Source: a virus. Taken from it: a stretch of 64,000 nt of DNA. The position numbers and the translations under genes were made by a program. The notes beneath the pieces are model-generated. The model saw only the letters and a program-made list of their open reading frames with translations. It did not search any database and was not told the origin of the DNA. Numbering within the stretch: position 1 is the first letter of the stretch; each line of letters starts with the position of its first letter. Of the stretch, positions 25,873 to 35,600 are shown one piece after another. Location: the IMG/VR virus record IMGVR_UViG_3300045988_171220, positions 1 through 64,000 of that record; one strand, given 5' to 3'.

Positions 25873-28280
25873 TGTTCAATACGGCTTACACCGTTCTCCT
25901 TTATTATTTTAAGTGTTTTGCACTTAGCGTTTTCGTTCGAAATATGAGTAGTAACCAAAATAGGATATTGGATAAATTCCAATGCTTCGATCACATCATA
26001 CAGACTTTCTTTTGATAGCCCTTCCGTGATCTCATCAATGGATAGGAATTGCAATCCTCCCCATCTGTTTGTTTCATTTATCATATTCTGGATAGCGATA
26101 ATAAGAGCTATTTCTACTCTTGCACGTTCACCGCCACTGTAGTACCAAAAGTTTTCTGCTTCGTCCCGGACGACATACGGAGTTATTTCTTCTTTGATAT
26201 CTCCGTCCGCTTTTGTCTTAAATCCTTCTATTAAGATACGAAGGTCGCTATTTTCTGCTTTCAGGATATTGTTCGCTCTTGATTGAATATTTTTCAACTG
26301 TTCCAACGCAAGGTACATTTTGAAAGACTTAAACCTGCCGATCCATTCTTTTTTCTTGAATAGAAGGGCATCCAAATCGGAAAGCTCTTTGTCGTATCTG
26401 GCAATCGAAAGCATAATGTCTTTTATTTGCTTTTCCTGCGAAGACATATCCACTTTTGTAGCTTTTTCTTTCTTGATTTCTTTTATCTGTCTTTCGTTGT
26501 TTTTAATATCGATCAAGTTGGATTCAATCTTTTCAGACAAGGTTTTCTTTTTCCTTTCCAAAGAAGAAATAGTGTTCTTGGTGTATTCAATATCGTCATT
26601 GATCTTGTAAAGAGATGTATTGATTTCCTGTGCTGACTGACGAATCTTGTCGATTTCATCTTCTTGCTCGTTTTTCAATTGAATGAAAGACGAAATAAGT
26701 TCTTCATATTCTTTCAAAGATTCATCTAAAGCCTCCATCTCAGAAACAACTTCCTTCTCTTGCTTTCCTATTTTTATCTTTTTCTTTTCTTCCTGTTCCA
26801 GTGTAGTGTCTTTCAGTGTAAGGAATTTGTGCTTACATTTTGGGCAAGTAATCGCACCGGATAAGTTTACAAGGACTTTTCTAAGGGATACTTTCAGTTC
26901 ATCATGAATTTTTGAAAGTTCTTCTTTCATTTCCAGCACTTCATTCTGATTTGCTTTTGTTTCCCCCAATTCCTTTTTAACAGATTCAATCACTTCCTGA
27001 ATTTCTTTGGTAGAAGGAAGTTGGTCTTTCTTCTTTTCTTCTTCTTTCAAAAGAGCTTCCAGTTCTTCCAAAGTGGAATTATTTTCCTTGATACTTTTAT
27101 CTGCACGACCAATTTCATACCGGAAAGAATCAATTTCTTCTTTCAGAGATTTTATTACACTTTCTCTTTTTTCGATACGAGATAGTTTGTCGGATTCAAA
27201 GTCAAAATTGGCAGCATCTTCTATTACCTGTTTTAGTGCCTCTATGCTACCTTCTGCACGATCCTTTTTACTTTGAATAGCAAGTTTTTGAGAAGACAAA
27301 ACATCCAGTTCTTTTTGAATGATGTCTTTTGTCCCATCCAAAAAATCGTAATTGATAAACCGGCTGATAAGAGCCAGCTTATCCGTATTGGAGCTTTTAA
27401 AGAACGATTTGTAGTATTCCTTACAAATAAGGAAATAGCTTTTCAAATCTTCCGGAGAAATAGCAATCCAAGAAAGGATATAGTTATTCCCATCTTTTAC
27501 GGTAGCAAGTTCTACCGGTTTGCCGTTCAAAGACACATTCAGTTTGCTGCTCCCTTTTAAGGGCAAAATACGCTCGATAGAGAGAGTTTCTTTTCTTATC
27601 GGACACTCTATATCAAGCAACACTTTCGCTTCCTTCTCGCCCCTTCTAATGAGCTTTTTGTCCACACTGCTTCGGTAATTGTTCCCGGTAATGGCAAAAT
27701 AGACAGCTTGCTGCATAGATGAATTGTGAGTAGGAATGTAGTTGTTTGTAACAAACATACCGTCTTCACCGGAAACAGTTATGCACTGTTGTTCTTCTGC
27801 ACCCAAACAAGTAAAGGCAATCATCTTTCGGGAAGGTTTACCCAAACATTCCGGCACTTCAAAAAAGACTTCTTCGTCTTTTGATCTTTCCATGATTTCT
27901 TCAAGCGGGATCACGTACCAGTCTTCATCTTTGTGCAAACGTACTTTCCATAAATGGCTTCTGTTGCATTTGACTTCCGTCCCGTCAGAAAACGTAATCT
28001 TATAAACAACATCAATGTCATGAAAAGGAATAGCCCTTACTACTTGATACCCACCGGAAGGATGAAGAATAACATCTCCTACCTTTATTTCTCTCATTTT
28101 TACAAACCCATTAGGAGTAAGGATGTCTGCATCCATTGTTAAGGCTTTCCCGCTACCATTACTTCCTTGATTGTCGTCTGTTTTATTTAACCCTACAAGT
28201 GCAGTTACCCCATCTTGAAATTCGTATTTAAAGTGTTCGAATGACACGAAATTTGTTGCTTCAATTCTAATCGGCTTCAT
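25869..28280 (-). CDS. Rad50/SbcC-like recombination ATPase, intein-containing
   Basis: Start at MKPIRIE (ATG 28280). Walker A GSNGSGK|S is interrupted by the intein. Long coiled coil with a CPKC zinc hook. Signature SGGERARV. Walker B FLSIDE. Confidence 0.85.
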   Translation of the reverse strand: MKPIRIEATNFVSFEHFKYEFQDGVTALVGLNKTDDNQGSNGSGKALTMDADILTPNGFVKMREIKVGDVILHPSGGYQVVRAIPFHDIDVVYKITFSDGTEVKCNRSHLWKVRLHKDEDWYVIPLEEIMERSKDEEVFFEVPECLGKPSRKMIAFTCLGAEEQQCITVSGEDGMFVTNNYIPTHNSSMQQAVYFAITGNNYRSSVDKKLIRRGEKEAKVLLDIECPIRKETLSIERILPLKGSSKLNVSLNGKPVELATVKDGNNYILSWIAISPEDLKSYFLICKEYYKSFFKSSNTDKLALISRFINYDFLDGTKDIIQKELDVLSSQKLAIQSKKDRAEGSIEALKQVIEDAANFDFESDKLSRIEKRESVIKSLKEEIDSFRYEIGRADKSIKENNSTLEELEALLKEEEKKKDQLPSTKEIQEVIESVKKELGETKANQNEVLEMKEELSKIHDELKVSLRKVLVNLSGAITCPKCKHKFLTLKDTTLEQEEKKKIKIGKQEKEVVSEMEALDESLKEYEELISSFIQLKNEQEDEIDKIRQSAQEINTSLYKINDDIEYTKNTISSLERKKKTLSEKIESNLIDIKNNERQIKEIKKEKATKVDMSSQEKQIKDIMLSIARYDKELSDLDALLFKKKEWIGRFKSFKMYLALEQLKNIQSRANNILKAENSDLRILIEGFKTKADGDIKEEITPYVVRDEAENFWYYSGGERARVEIALIIAIQNMINETNRWGGLQFLSIDEITEGLSKESLYDVIEALEFIQYPILVTTHISNENAKCKTLKIIKENGVSRIEQ
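27723..28145 (-). mobile_element. class 3-type mini-intein (141 aa) after the P-loop lysine
   Basis: Begins ALTMDADILTP (Ala1) and ends IPTHN followed by S(+1). Block B RSHLW gives the Trp, block F QQCITVSG gives the Cys, and THN gives the Thr, forming the W-C-T triplet. Confidence 0.8.
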
Positions 28281-29349
28281 TTTCTTCTTCCTTGTTTTCA
28301 AATGTTGTTTCTTTCTTTCTGAACGTATCAAGAACATCCTTCTTGATTTTCCCAAACAGCTTTGCATCTTCCAAAAGACGTTTTCTTGCTTTCGGGAACC
28401 CGAATCCTATTTTTTCTTCCCCATAGTAGATGTAGGTTCCCCTTTTGGAAAGCACACCCAAATCAAGTCCCATATTTACGATTTCCATCACCTTGTCAAT
28501 CCCTATCCCGAACCGGATAATGATCTGACATGCTTTGAAAGGCGGTGCAACCTTATTTTTCTTACAGGTTATCTTCACCTTGTTGGAAACCTGTGTTTCT
28601 CCTTCCTTTTCAGAACCCACACGGGCAAGCTCGATTCTCTGACTTGCATAGAAAGGAATGGCAAACCCTCCCGGCGTTGTGGTGGCTGCGCCGTATCCGC
28701 CTATGTTAGACCGGATTTGATTGATACAAAAAAGGATACATCCGGTCTGCTTGCAGATGTTCTTCAGAATATTTACTTGGGAGCTTAAAAGACGCGCTGT
28801 AAGTCCTATATGTGCGTCCCCTGCCTCTCCATTCAAAAGAGCGGTAGGAACAAGACCGGCAATGGAGTCAATCACGACAAGTCCGATAGATTCCTCATTG
28901 CACATTTCCTTTGCTATTTCAAGCACTTCTTCTGCGGTAGAAGGTTGGGAAAGGATAAACTTGTCAGGGGACAAATCAATTCCTATTGCTTGCATGTATT
29001 TTGGGTCAACAGCGTTTTCGGTATCAAGATACCCTACTGCTTTCCCTGATTTCTGCATTTCTGTTACCAAGTGAAAAGCAATGCTTGTCTTGCCAGAAGA
29101 AAAACCTCCATAGGCTTCCACAACACGACCTTTTGCCCATCCTCCACCAAGTATTTCATCCAATAAATAAGAACCAGAATGGACGAACTCAACATCTTGC
29201 CTTCTTCCGGCTATAGCATCCTTACCAAAACGATCTTCTATTCTTGAAATAAGATCACCCAAACGATTGGTTTTTTTAGTTTCTGTGGATTGTTCTTCTG
29301 TTATCGTCTGGGTTTCTTCTATCTTTTTAGTTTCCTTTTTCTTCGCCAT
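28267..29349 (-). CDS. recA: RecA/UvsX-type recombinase
   Basis: Motifs LDEILGGGWAKGRVVEAYGGFSSGKTS (Walker A) and LVVIDSIAGL (Walker B), with RecA-like L1/L2 context. Confidence 0.9.
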   Translation of the reverse strand: MAKKKETKKIEETQTITEEQSTETKKTNRLGDLISRIEDRFGKDAIAGRRQDVEFVHSGSYLLDEILGGGWAKGRVVEAYGGFSSGKTSIAFHLVTEMQKSGKAVGYLDTENAVDPKYMQAIGIDLSPDKFILSQPSTAEEVLEIAKEMCNEESIGLVVIDSIAGLVPTALLNGEAGDAHIGLTARLLSSQVNILKNICKQTGCILFCINQIRSNIGGYGAATTTPGGFAIPFYASQRIELARVGSEKEGETQVSNKVKITCKKNKVAPPFKACQIIIRFGIGIDKVMEIVNMGLDLGVLSKRGTYIYYGEEKIGFGFPKARKRLLEDAKLFGKIKKDVLDTFRKKETTFENKEEENEAD

Positions 29350-30382
29350 AAAGCAGTTTGTTTAATATTTCCTTTCCTTCTTTTTCGTCATATCCGTTTT
29401 CTTTGCAGAAAGACGAAAATCTGTCTTCTATATCTTTTGCTTCCAAAGTCTTTACCTCTACAGTAGGAGCAAGGACTTCTTTTATTTCAATTTCCTTGAA
29501 TTTCTTTTTGATGTCCACACCTTCTTTTGTAAAAGCATCTTTATCAAAAGCATCAAGTGAAGATTGTTCTCCCCAAACCTCTACTCTTACACGAGCGGTA
29601 GGATTCTCTTTCTTGAACTTGTTAATAAGTGCCACCGCTTGTTTGTGAGGAGTTTCCTCCAAGTCGATTTCCAGTTTTTTGAATACTGTTCCTTTTGTGG
29701 AAGGAATGAGGTCAACCTCCAAATCAGAATCTAGAAGCCAGAAACCCTTCTTTTCATCTTCCCCAAAATTGTTCTGCTGGACACTTCCCAAATGGTAAAT
29801 GTTACTGCCTACACGCTGGTAATTGTGATAGTGTCCCAAATACACTTTTTTAAACATCTCGAACATGGAAGGCTTTAGTTCACTTTTTACTTCTGTACCG
29901 TCCATGTTCTTGCTACCAGTTACGGCAAAATGCCCGAATAGGATGTTTTTCTTTCTCTTGTCCCCGATTTCCGCTAATTCATCAAGCAAAATATCATCAG
30001 TGAAAAACGGCAAGAAAAAACAATAAACACCTTCTATTTGCATACCGTCCAATTCTTCCACCAAAGTAAAAGAAGGATGATGTTTAAAGGCTGTAAGAAA
30101 TGACTTTTGACTTGAATAGGATGTTTTGTCATGATTACCGGGAATACAAATTATTTGATGCCCGTTTTCATCATACGCTTCCAATATTTCGTGAAGTGTA
30201 GAAAGACACACTTCCCTTTGAGATACCCTGTTGTCAAAAACATCACCCAGCCAGATATGGGTTTTGATACCCTTTTTGCTGGCTATTTCCATTTCTTCCA
30301 TCAAAATGTCTTTTATAGTAGAAGCGTTTCCCTCTGACAGATGATGATCAGTCGAGATGATAGCTAAATATTTTTTACCCAT
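29327..30382 (-). CDS. Mre11/SbcD-like nuclease (metallophosphoesterase)
   Basis: Motifs ISTDHH, WLGDVFDN, IPGNHD, FGHFAV and LGHYHN in canonical order. Confidence 0.85.
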   Translation of the reverse strand: MGKKYLAIISTDHHLSEGNASTIKDILMEEMEIASKKGIKTHIWLGDVFDNRVSQREVCLSTLHEILEAYDENGHQIICIPGNHDKTSYSSQKSFLTAFKHHPSFTLVEELDGMQIEGVYCFFLPFFTDDILLDELAEIGDKRKKNILFGHFAVTGSKNMDGTEVKSELKPSMFEMFKKVYLGHYHNYQRVGSNIYHLGSVQQNNFGEDEKKGFWLLDSDLEVDLIPSTKGTVFKKLEIDLEETPHKQAVALINKFKKENPTARVRVEVWGEQSSLDAFDKDAFTKEGVDIKKKFKEIEIKEVLAPTVEVKTLEAKDIEDRFSSFCKENGYDEKEGKEILNKLLYGEEKGN

Positions 30383-30403
30383 GTTTGTTTTGTTAGAAAG
30401 GAA

Positions 30404-30425
30404 GGGGACTGTATTTCAAGTCCCC
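30404..30425 (-). terminator. stem-loop between the SSB-like and Mre11-like genes
   Basis: GGGGACT (30404-30410) pairs with AGTCCCC (30419-30425). T-rich on the minus strand afterwards. Confidence 0.4.
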
Positions 30426-30465
30426 AAACCAAATTAGAAAAAATATGAAAACTAAAAAGAAGAAA

Positions 30466-31860
30466 TTATTTCTTTTTCATTTTGTCTTTCAGAGCTTGCA
30501 ATCTTGCTTTAGCTTTTAAAAGTTCTTCGTCCTTGTCCGTAGCATTTTCGTCAATAGGAGATTCTTCTTTGGGTTCTTCCTTATTTTCCGGTTCGGATGC
30601 CGTTTCTGTGGAAGTTTCATCTTCTTCCGGGAAAGGAAGCGCCTCACCAGCTTGTGCCAAATCATACCAAGAACGAACCTCTGCTATCGTCAGATCGTCC
30701 GGCAGTTCAGCTTCCGGATACTCTTCCCCAATATACTCTTCCAAGAACTTTTTCATCTTTGAAAGGGGAGGGTAGGAAGCGACTTTTGCTGCTTTTTCTT
30801 TTGCCGGTGCACTTGCCGGATTCTCTCTCGGAGCAGATTTTTCTTCTTCCTCATCTTCGTTTTCCGGTTCTTCCGCTTTCTTTGACTTAGAAGTGGATTT
30901 TGTCTTTTTGGGAGCTTCATCTTCCCCCTCATCGTCTTTGCTACCCTCTTCCGGGATCAATGCAGCCATCTCCTCTATTTCAGTAAGGAAGCCATCATCA
31001 GCAAAAATATCGTATCCGTTTTCTTCGTCAAAACGCTTCAACCCGTCAAGAGCCATATTGAAATCTTTCTGTGAATAAACATCCTTGTAGATTTCTTCCA
31101 GCGTAGGAACTTCATTCAAGAAATATTCCATGTCTTCATCAGGAATAGCAGTTTCTTCAAAGAACTCATCCCAAGATTGTCCTTTTTTCGGAACGCCGGC
31201 AGACAAAGAATAGGTTTTCTTTCCTTTATCATCTTCTCCCATTGTGATCACAAGCGGGTACGCTCCTTCCAATTGAGAGAAGATATCAAAAGAAACCGTT
31301 TCATCGTCCGACATTTCAACCGAAATTTCCTTTATGCGGTTCATCCATGTTCCATACAATTGCAAACGGGCAAAGTCTTTCGAACCCTGATATACATAGC
31401 AAACATACGCCAAAGATGGATTGATACCCCATACAAACTTGTTTCCCTTTTTATACCCCATAATAGGATTGAGGAATTTTCTGCGCTCTGCTTCATCCTG
31501 ATATTCTTCGGAAGCCTTTTTTCTCACGTAGTCGCAGTACAGGACAATAGGGTCTTTTCCTTTCAAAAGGTTCTTTCCGTGAATGTCGGCGCAGAAAACA
31601 TTCTTATCTTTTACTTCTTTACCGGTCACCTTGCCATTCGCATCATAAGTAGGCACTTCTACACGCAATTTGGACATTTTACAGGCCACATAAGCCTTGC
31701 CCATTGCCGGGACAACGCGGAATACATTTTTTCCTTTCTGAACAGTCGCAAAGCCTGTATAGCTCTTACCGCCTTTGTACATTGTTTTTTCAGCTTGCTT
31801 TACTTCCGCTTCTACATCTTCAATTGATTGCTTCTTGAACTTCGATCTGTCAAATTTCAT
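30466..31860 (-). CDS. possible ssDNA-binding protein (gp32-like) with long acidic low-complexity C-terminus
   Basis: N-terminal GKNVFRVVPA resembles the gp32 RFLP strand. The C-terminal third is E/D/K-rich. Its position beside RecA/Mre11/Rad50 fits. Assignment is weak. Confidence 0.4.
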   Translation of the reverse strand: MKFDRSKFKKQSIEDVEAEVKQAEKTMYKGGKSYTGFATVQKGKNVFRVVPAMGKAYVACKMSKLRVEVPTYDANGKVTGKEVKDKNVFCADIHGKNLLKGKDPIVLYCDYVRKKASEEYQDEAERRKFLNPIMGYKKGNKFVWGINPSLAYVCYVYQGSKDFARLQLYGTWMNRIKEISVEMSDDETVSFDIFSQLEGAYPLVITMGEDDKGKKTYSLSAGVPKKGQSWDEFFEETAIPDEDMEYFLNEVPTLEEIYKDVYSQKDFNMALDGLKRFDEENGYDIFADDGFLTEIEEMAALIPEEGSKDDEGEDEAPKKTKSTSKSKKAEEPENEDEEEEKSAPRENPASAPAKEKAAKVASYPPLSKMKKFLEEYIGEEYPEAELPDDLTIAEVRSWYDLAQAGEALPFPEEDETSTETASEPENKEEPKEESPIDENATDKDEELLKAKARLQALKDKMKKK

Positions 31861-31895
31861 AATTCTTTTAATTTAATTGATTGATAAATAAATTG

Positions 31896-32177
31896 TTATT
31901 TCTCTTTTACCTGTTTTAAGAACACTTCAATAATCTGTTTTTGTTCTTTTTCAAACATACCCACAAACTCTTTAAAAGAAACGGGTTTATTTGCCTTGTC
32001 TTCTACCTCAAAATAGGGCACTCTTTCAGCAACTCCCTTTAAGTCTATACCATAGGCTTCTGCTGTTTCATACTGCTTACCCGTTTCCTTTGCTGTTCTG
32101 ATTCTGTACAAATCCCATAGAAACGGTGCATTCGTACATTGAATGATTTTAAATTCTTCCGTTAGCTTAATTTCCAT
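31896..32177 (-). CDS. hypothetical protein (93 aa)
   Basis: ORF in the operon. Confidence 0.5.
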   Translation of the reverse strand: MEIKLTEEFKIIQCTNAPFLWDLYRIRTAKETGKQYETAEAYGIDLKGVAERVPYFEVEDKANKPVSFKEFVGMFEKEQKQIIEVFLKQVKEK

Positions 32178-32178
32178 A

Positions 32179-32709
32179 CTATTTCTCTTTGATGATTAAA
32201 AATGTGTTGATCTCACCTTCTACCAAATTGTCCAGAAATTCTTCCGGTGTCACCTTCGGAACCAACCCTGTCAATTTCTTGTCCTTTGACTGTAAAGCCC
32301 AATAGAGACTATCTATTTCCGCCAAATGCTTTTTCTTTTTGACCAAATCTTTTTGCATGGCATGTAGCTCCGGGTTGATTGTCAAAATATCATCCAAAGA
32401 ACTTTCCGTAAGTTTCACAAGTCCTATGTCTTCCACTTTAACCTTTCCACCGTTTACAATAGATTCACGTCTTATCTGTGTAGCAAGTTGTGCTTTATAG
32501 ACATTAAATTCCACTTTTGCAGATTCATACTCTGATTCTGCTTGTGCTCTAAGAAGCCCTACTTTGTTCAACAGGACGGAACAAGTGGCGATTTCCCCAT
32601 ACAAATTTGCATGGTCTATGGAAGTCACCGCATCCATGTCCAATTCGTTTTTCAAATCATTGGAGAGTAAAACTATTACTTTATCTCCAATATTCCTTAC
32701 AAGTTTCAT
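32179..32709 (-). CDS. hypothetical protein (176 aa)
   Basis: ORF abutting the polymerase gene. Confidence 0.55.
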   Translation of the reverse strand: MKLVRNIGDKVIVLLSNDLKNELDMDAVTSIDHANLYGEIATCSVLLNKVGLLRAQAESEYESAKVEFNVYKAQLATQIRRESIVNGGKVKVEDIGLVKLTESSLDDILTINPELHAMQKDLVKKKKHLAEIDSLYWALQSKDKKLTGLVPKVTPEEFLDNLVEGEINTFLIIKEK

Positions 32710-35600
32710 ACTCCAAGTTTTATAAATTTACTGTTACTGTTTACTTGCAATACATATTCTTCTTTAAACTTGTCAAAGTTAGCCTTTCCACTTAGAAGAA
32801 GGATGCTTTTCTTTGAAGATATAAAGAAGTCTGCGTTCTCCTCGTAATCGTCCGGGAAAATAACCACACGAAGGAATTTGTAATTGCTTTCAAGCAAAAG
32901 ATTGGCAAACCGCCCTTTCCTTCCTTCTCTTTCTTCCACTTCCAAAACATAACCACCTACCATAACCATTTCATAGGTCGATCCGTCATAGTTTTGCAAA
33001 TCTTCCACATTGTAAAAAACCCCATTTCTAACTTTTGGTTTTAGGTATTCCCTTACCAATCCTTCGTAGTCAAAGAAAGCAAAACCGGACTTGTTCTTTT
33101 GTTGTAAAAGCCACCACCAATCCTTTGCAATCTTTTTCTTTTCAAAGGCAAGAAAATATTCATCCTTTTCTTTGTCAATTTTGATCTTGTTCTTTTCCCG
33201 ATACTTTCCAAGCATGAACTCCCTTGCAGAAAAGATATTGGAAAATTCCCTTGTTTCATCCATCATATCGAACGCACCGGAATAAATAAGATTTTCAATA
33301 ACGGATTTGTTCACTGCCGATCCTTTGAACGTGTGACGGTCTATAAATTCAGCCAAAGAAAAATACTCCCCATTCTTAGAACGTTCTTCCATAATCTGAT
33401 TCTGTGCCTTTTCTCCTACTTGTTTTGTTGCATTGATCGCCCAATAGATGCTATTATCTTTTTTGTCCGCCACAATGTTTATATCAGACTTGTTGATATT
33501 TACAGGTTTAATCTCTATCCCTTCTGTCTGTTGCATTTCATTGACGTATTGGGGAAAGTCATCTTCACTTGCACGGGACAAAGCAACCGACCAAAATTCC
33601 AAAGGATAATGTACTTTCAACCACAAAGAATTATAAGCATTAATAGCGTAACTTGCTGAATGACTATTGCAAGTTATAATCCCTTGATCTGTGCAAAAAT
33701 TATGATTAGGATCATCTATTTCCACATCATAAACATTCTCTGTTTTATCTGGCTCAATACTTACTATTTTCGACAAAGCAGATGGGTATCCTTTCTCACC
33801 TCTTTTCATCCTACCAAATTCACGATAATGAATTTTCTTATGACAAGAAGGACAGATAGCAATAAGGTTTTCATCTTCATTATTTCTTCTATTCCCGTCT
33901 ACATGATGAATTTCCAATCTGCCTTCTTTTCCACAATTTTTACAAATTCCAAACCCACCATTTTTCTCTCTAAAAGATTCAAACTTAGAAGATTCCCCAT
34001 TTGTTTTTATAAAACCCATATGTCCTTTTTTGGAATTTAAAGATTCCGGATTGTATTTACTCCAATTTTTACCTCTCATATCGGTAAAATTGTATCGCTG
34101 ACTATCCGTTTTCTCATATGGCATTTGCACGTACAAACTATCTTCTCCTACTCTCAAATCCTTACACATAACCTTACCTCTTTGAGTAGGGAATTTATGG
34201 TTGTCTGTTACGGATACAAAACGACCATCCTCTAAAGTTATTTTATAAGTTTGCTTTACCCCAGCAAATCTAATATCTTTAATTTTTCGATCTCTTATAC
34301 GTCCATCTTTACACATAGTAAGACAGCTTCCGTAACCAACTCTCAAATATTTGCCCCTAAGAGGAATCCAATTGTTTGCTTTCGCAAATGCAAGATCATT
34401 CTTAACCAAATACATTTCCTCGATAGTAGGCTGTCTTTTGTTTTTGGGACAAGAATTTCTTAAAATTCTGTAACTACCTGATATACAGCGGTTAAAAGCA
34501 TACAAACCAAATTTTTCCATCTGTTTCCAGAGTGCTTCTGCGCTTTCTTTCGTTACCCCTTTTGAAGCAAATCTTTTTACATACCCATCCACAAATTTAG
34601 GATGAATTTTCTCTACTTTGTCCTTCTTTTTCTTTGCAATTGCAGCACGGGCAACATCTGCTTCTTCTTCCGAAAACCCAGCAAGAACTTGCACCATTTT
34701 AAGAATTTGTTCTTGGTACACCATAGAGGAATAAGTATCTTTCAAAATTTCTTCTGCTCCAATGGGGTATTCTGGCTCTTTTTCTCCATTTTTCAAAGCA
34801 ATGTAGTCCATGTGAAAACCATTTTCCATTGGCCCCGGACGGAACAAGGAAAGTGCTGCCACTACATCATCCATGTTTTTAGGCTTCAATTTTTGCGTAT
34901 AGGCTGATAACCCTTTTGCTGAAAACTGAAATATATCACTAAGCCAGCCATTTGCAAAATACCTGTAAACCTCTGGATCATCATATTCTATATCAGAATA
35001 GAGATTGATTTTCCTACCCGTATTCTTTTCAATCAGATTCAGAATATCAGTGAATTTGTCCAATTGCTCAATACCAAGAATATCTTCTTTCAAAAAACCG
35101 GCTTCGTCCATCTCTCCACCTTCCCATTCACTGACAATCAAATCACCCGATTTTCTAACCGGACACCATTCATACATTGACTTTTCTTTTGGAAAGATCA
35201 TCATAGCACAAGCATGAATAGAAGCTGCCTTTTGTTGTCCAAGAAGAAGAAAAACAATGTTCATCATTTCTGGATATTTATTCAGAAATTGATTTACTTC
35301 TGACTTCTTGCAAGCAAGTTTCAAAAAATCTTCTTCTGTCTTTACATCTTCTATCATTTTGGTAAGCCTCCTAAGAGTAGGAATTGAAGCTCCATAAATC
35401 TTTCCTACATCATTTATAGCCTGTTTTATCTGCAAAGTGGTATATGTACCCACAGAACAAACTTGCGAAGCTCCAAAACGATTTTCCATGTATTGTTTTA
35501 CTGCCGGTCGGTATTCTCCCGGCACATCCGTATCAATGTCTAACGCTCCCCCTTGTCCGAAAACAAGGGGGAAATTGATCGGGGAGCGATCCCGGTACAA
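32706..35600 (-). CDS. dnaE: DNA polymerase III alpha (DnaE-type), C-terminal fragment, intein-containing
   Basis: Contains LDIDTD (catalytic Asp pair), SIHACAMMI, AFNR|SHSASYA (interrupted by the intein) and a C-terminal OB-fold-like region. The only available start is TTG at 35600, preceded by GAGGTGGAG. Confidence 0.8.
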   Translation of the reverse strand: MYRDRSPINFPLVFGQGGALDIDTDVPGEYRPAVKQYMENRFGASQVCSVGTYTTLQIKQAINDVGKIYGASIPTLRRLTKMIEDVKTEEDFLKLACKKSEVNQFLNKYPEMMNIVFLLLGQQKAASIHACAMMIFPKEKSMYEWCPVRKSGDLIVSEWEGGEMDEAGFLKEDILGIEQLDKFTDILNLIEKNTGRKINLYSDIEYDDPEVYRYFANGWLSDIFQFSAKGLSAYTQKLKPKNMDDVVAALSLFRPGPMENGFHMDYIALKNGEKEPEYPIGAEEILKDTYSSMVYQEQILKMVQVLAGFSEEEADVARAAIAKKKKDKVEKIHPKFVDGYVKRFASKGVTKESAEALWKQMEKFGLYAFNRCISGSYRILRNSCPKNKRQPTIEEMYLVKNDLAFAKANNWIPLRGKYLRVGYGSCLTMCKDGRIRDRKIKDIRFAGVKQTYKITLEDGRFVSVTDNHKFPTQRGKVMCKDLRVGEDSLYVQMPYEKTDSQRYNFTDMRGKNWSKYNPESLNSKKGHMGFIKTNGESSKFESFREKNGGFGICKNCGKEGRLEIHHVDGNRRNNEDENLIAICPSCHKKIHYREFGRMKRGEKGYPSALSKIVSIEPDKTENVYDVEIDDPNHNFCTDQGIITCNSHSASYAINAYNSLWLKVHYPLEFWSVALSRASEDDFPQYVNEMQQTEGIEIKPVNINKSDINIVADKKDNSIYWAINATKQVGEKAQNQIMEERSKNGEYFSLAEFIDRHTFKGSAVNKSVIENLIYSGAFDMMDETREFSNIFSAREFMLGKYREKNKIKIDKEKDEYFLAFEKKKIAKDWWWLLQQKNKSGFAFFDYEGLVREYLKPKVRNGVFYNVEDLQNYDGSTYEMVMVGGYVLEVEEREGRKGRFANLLLESNYKFLRVVIFPDDYEENADFFISSKKSILLLSGKANFDKFKEEYVLQVNSNSKFIKLGV
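33666..34487 (-). mobile_element. class 1 intein (274 aa) with HNH endonuclease domain in dnaE
   Basis: Begins CISGSY after AFNR and ends GIITCN followed by S(+1)HSASYA. Block B is VTDNH. HNH module CKNCGKEGRLEIHHVDGNRRNNEDENLIAICPSCHKKIH. Confidence 0.8.

Noticed and set aside
31177-31827. 216-aa plus-strand ORF and many other 60-180-aa ORFs antisense to large genes (for example 41513-42043, 39860-40342, 33660-34040, 49781-50188)
   Set aside because: They lie entirely inside well-supported genes on the opposite strand and have skewed, low-complexity composition (F/S/L/I-rich). These are typical shadow ORFs of AT-rich coding DNA.
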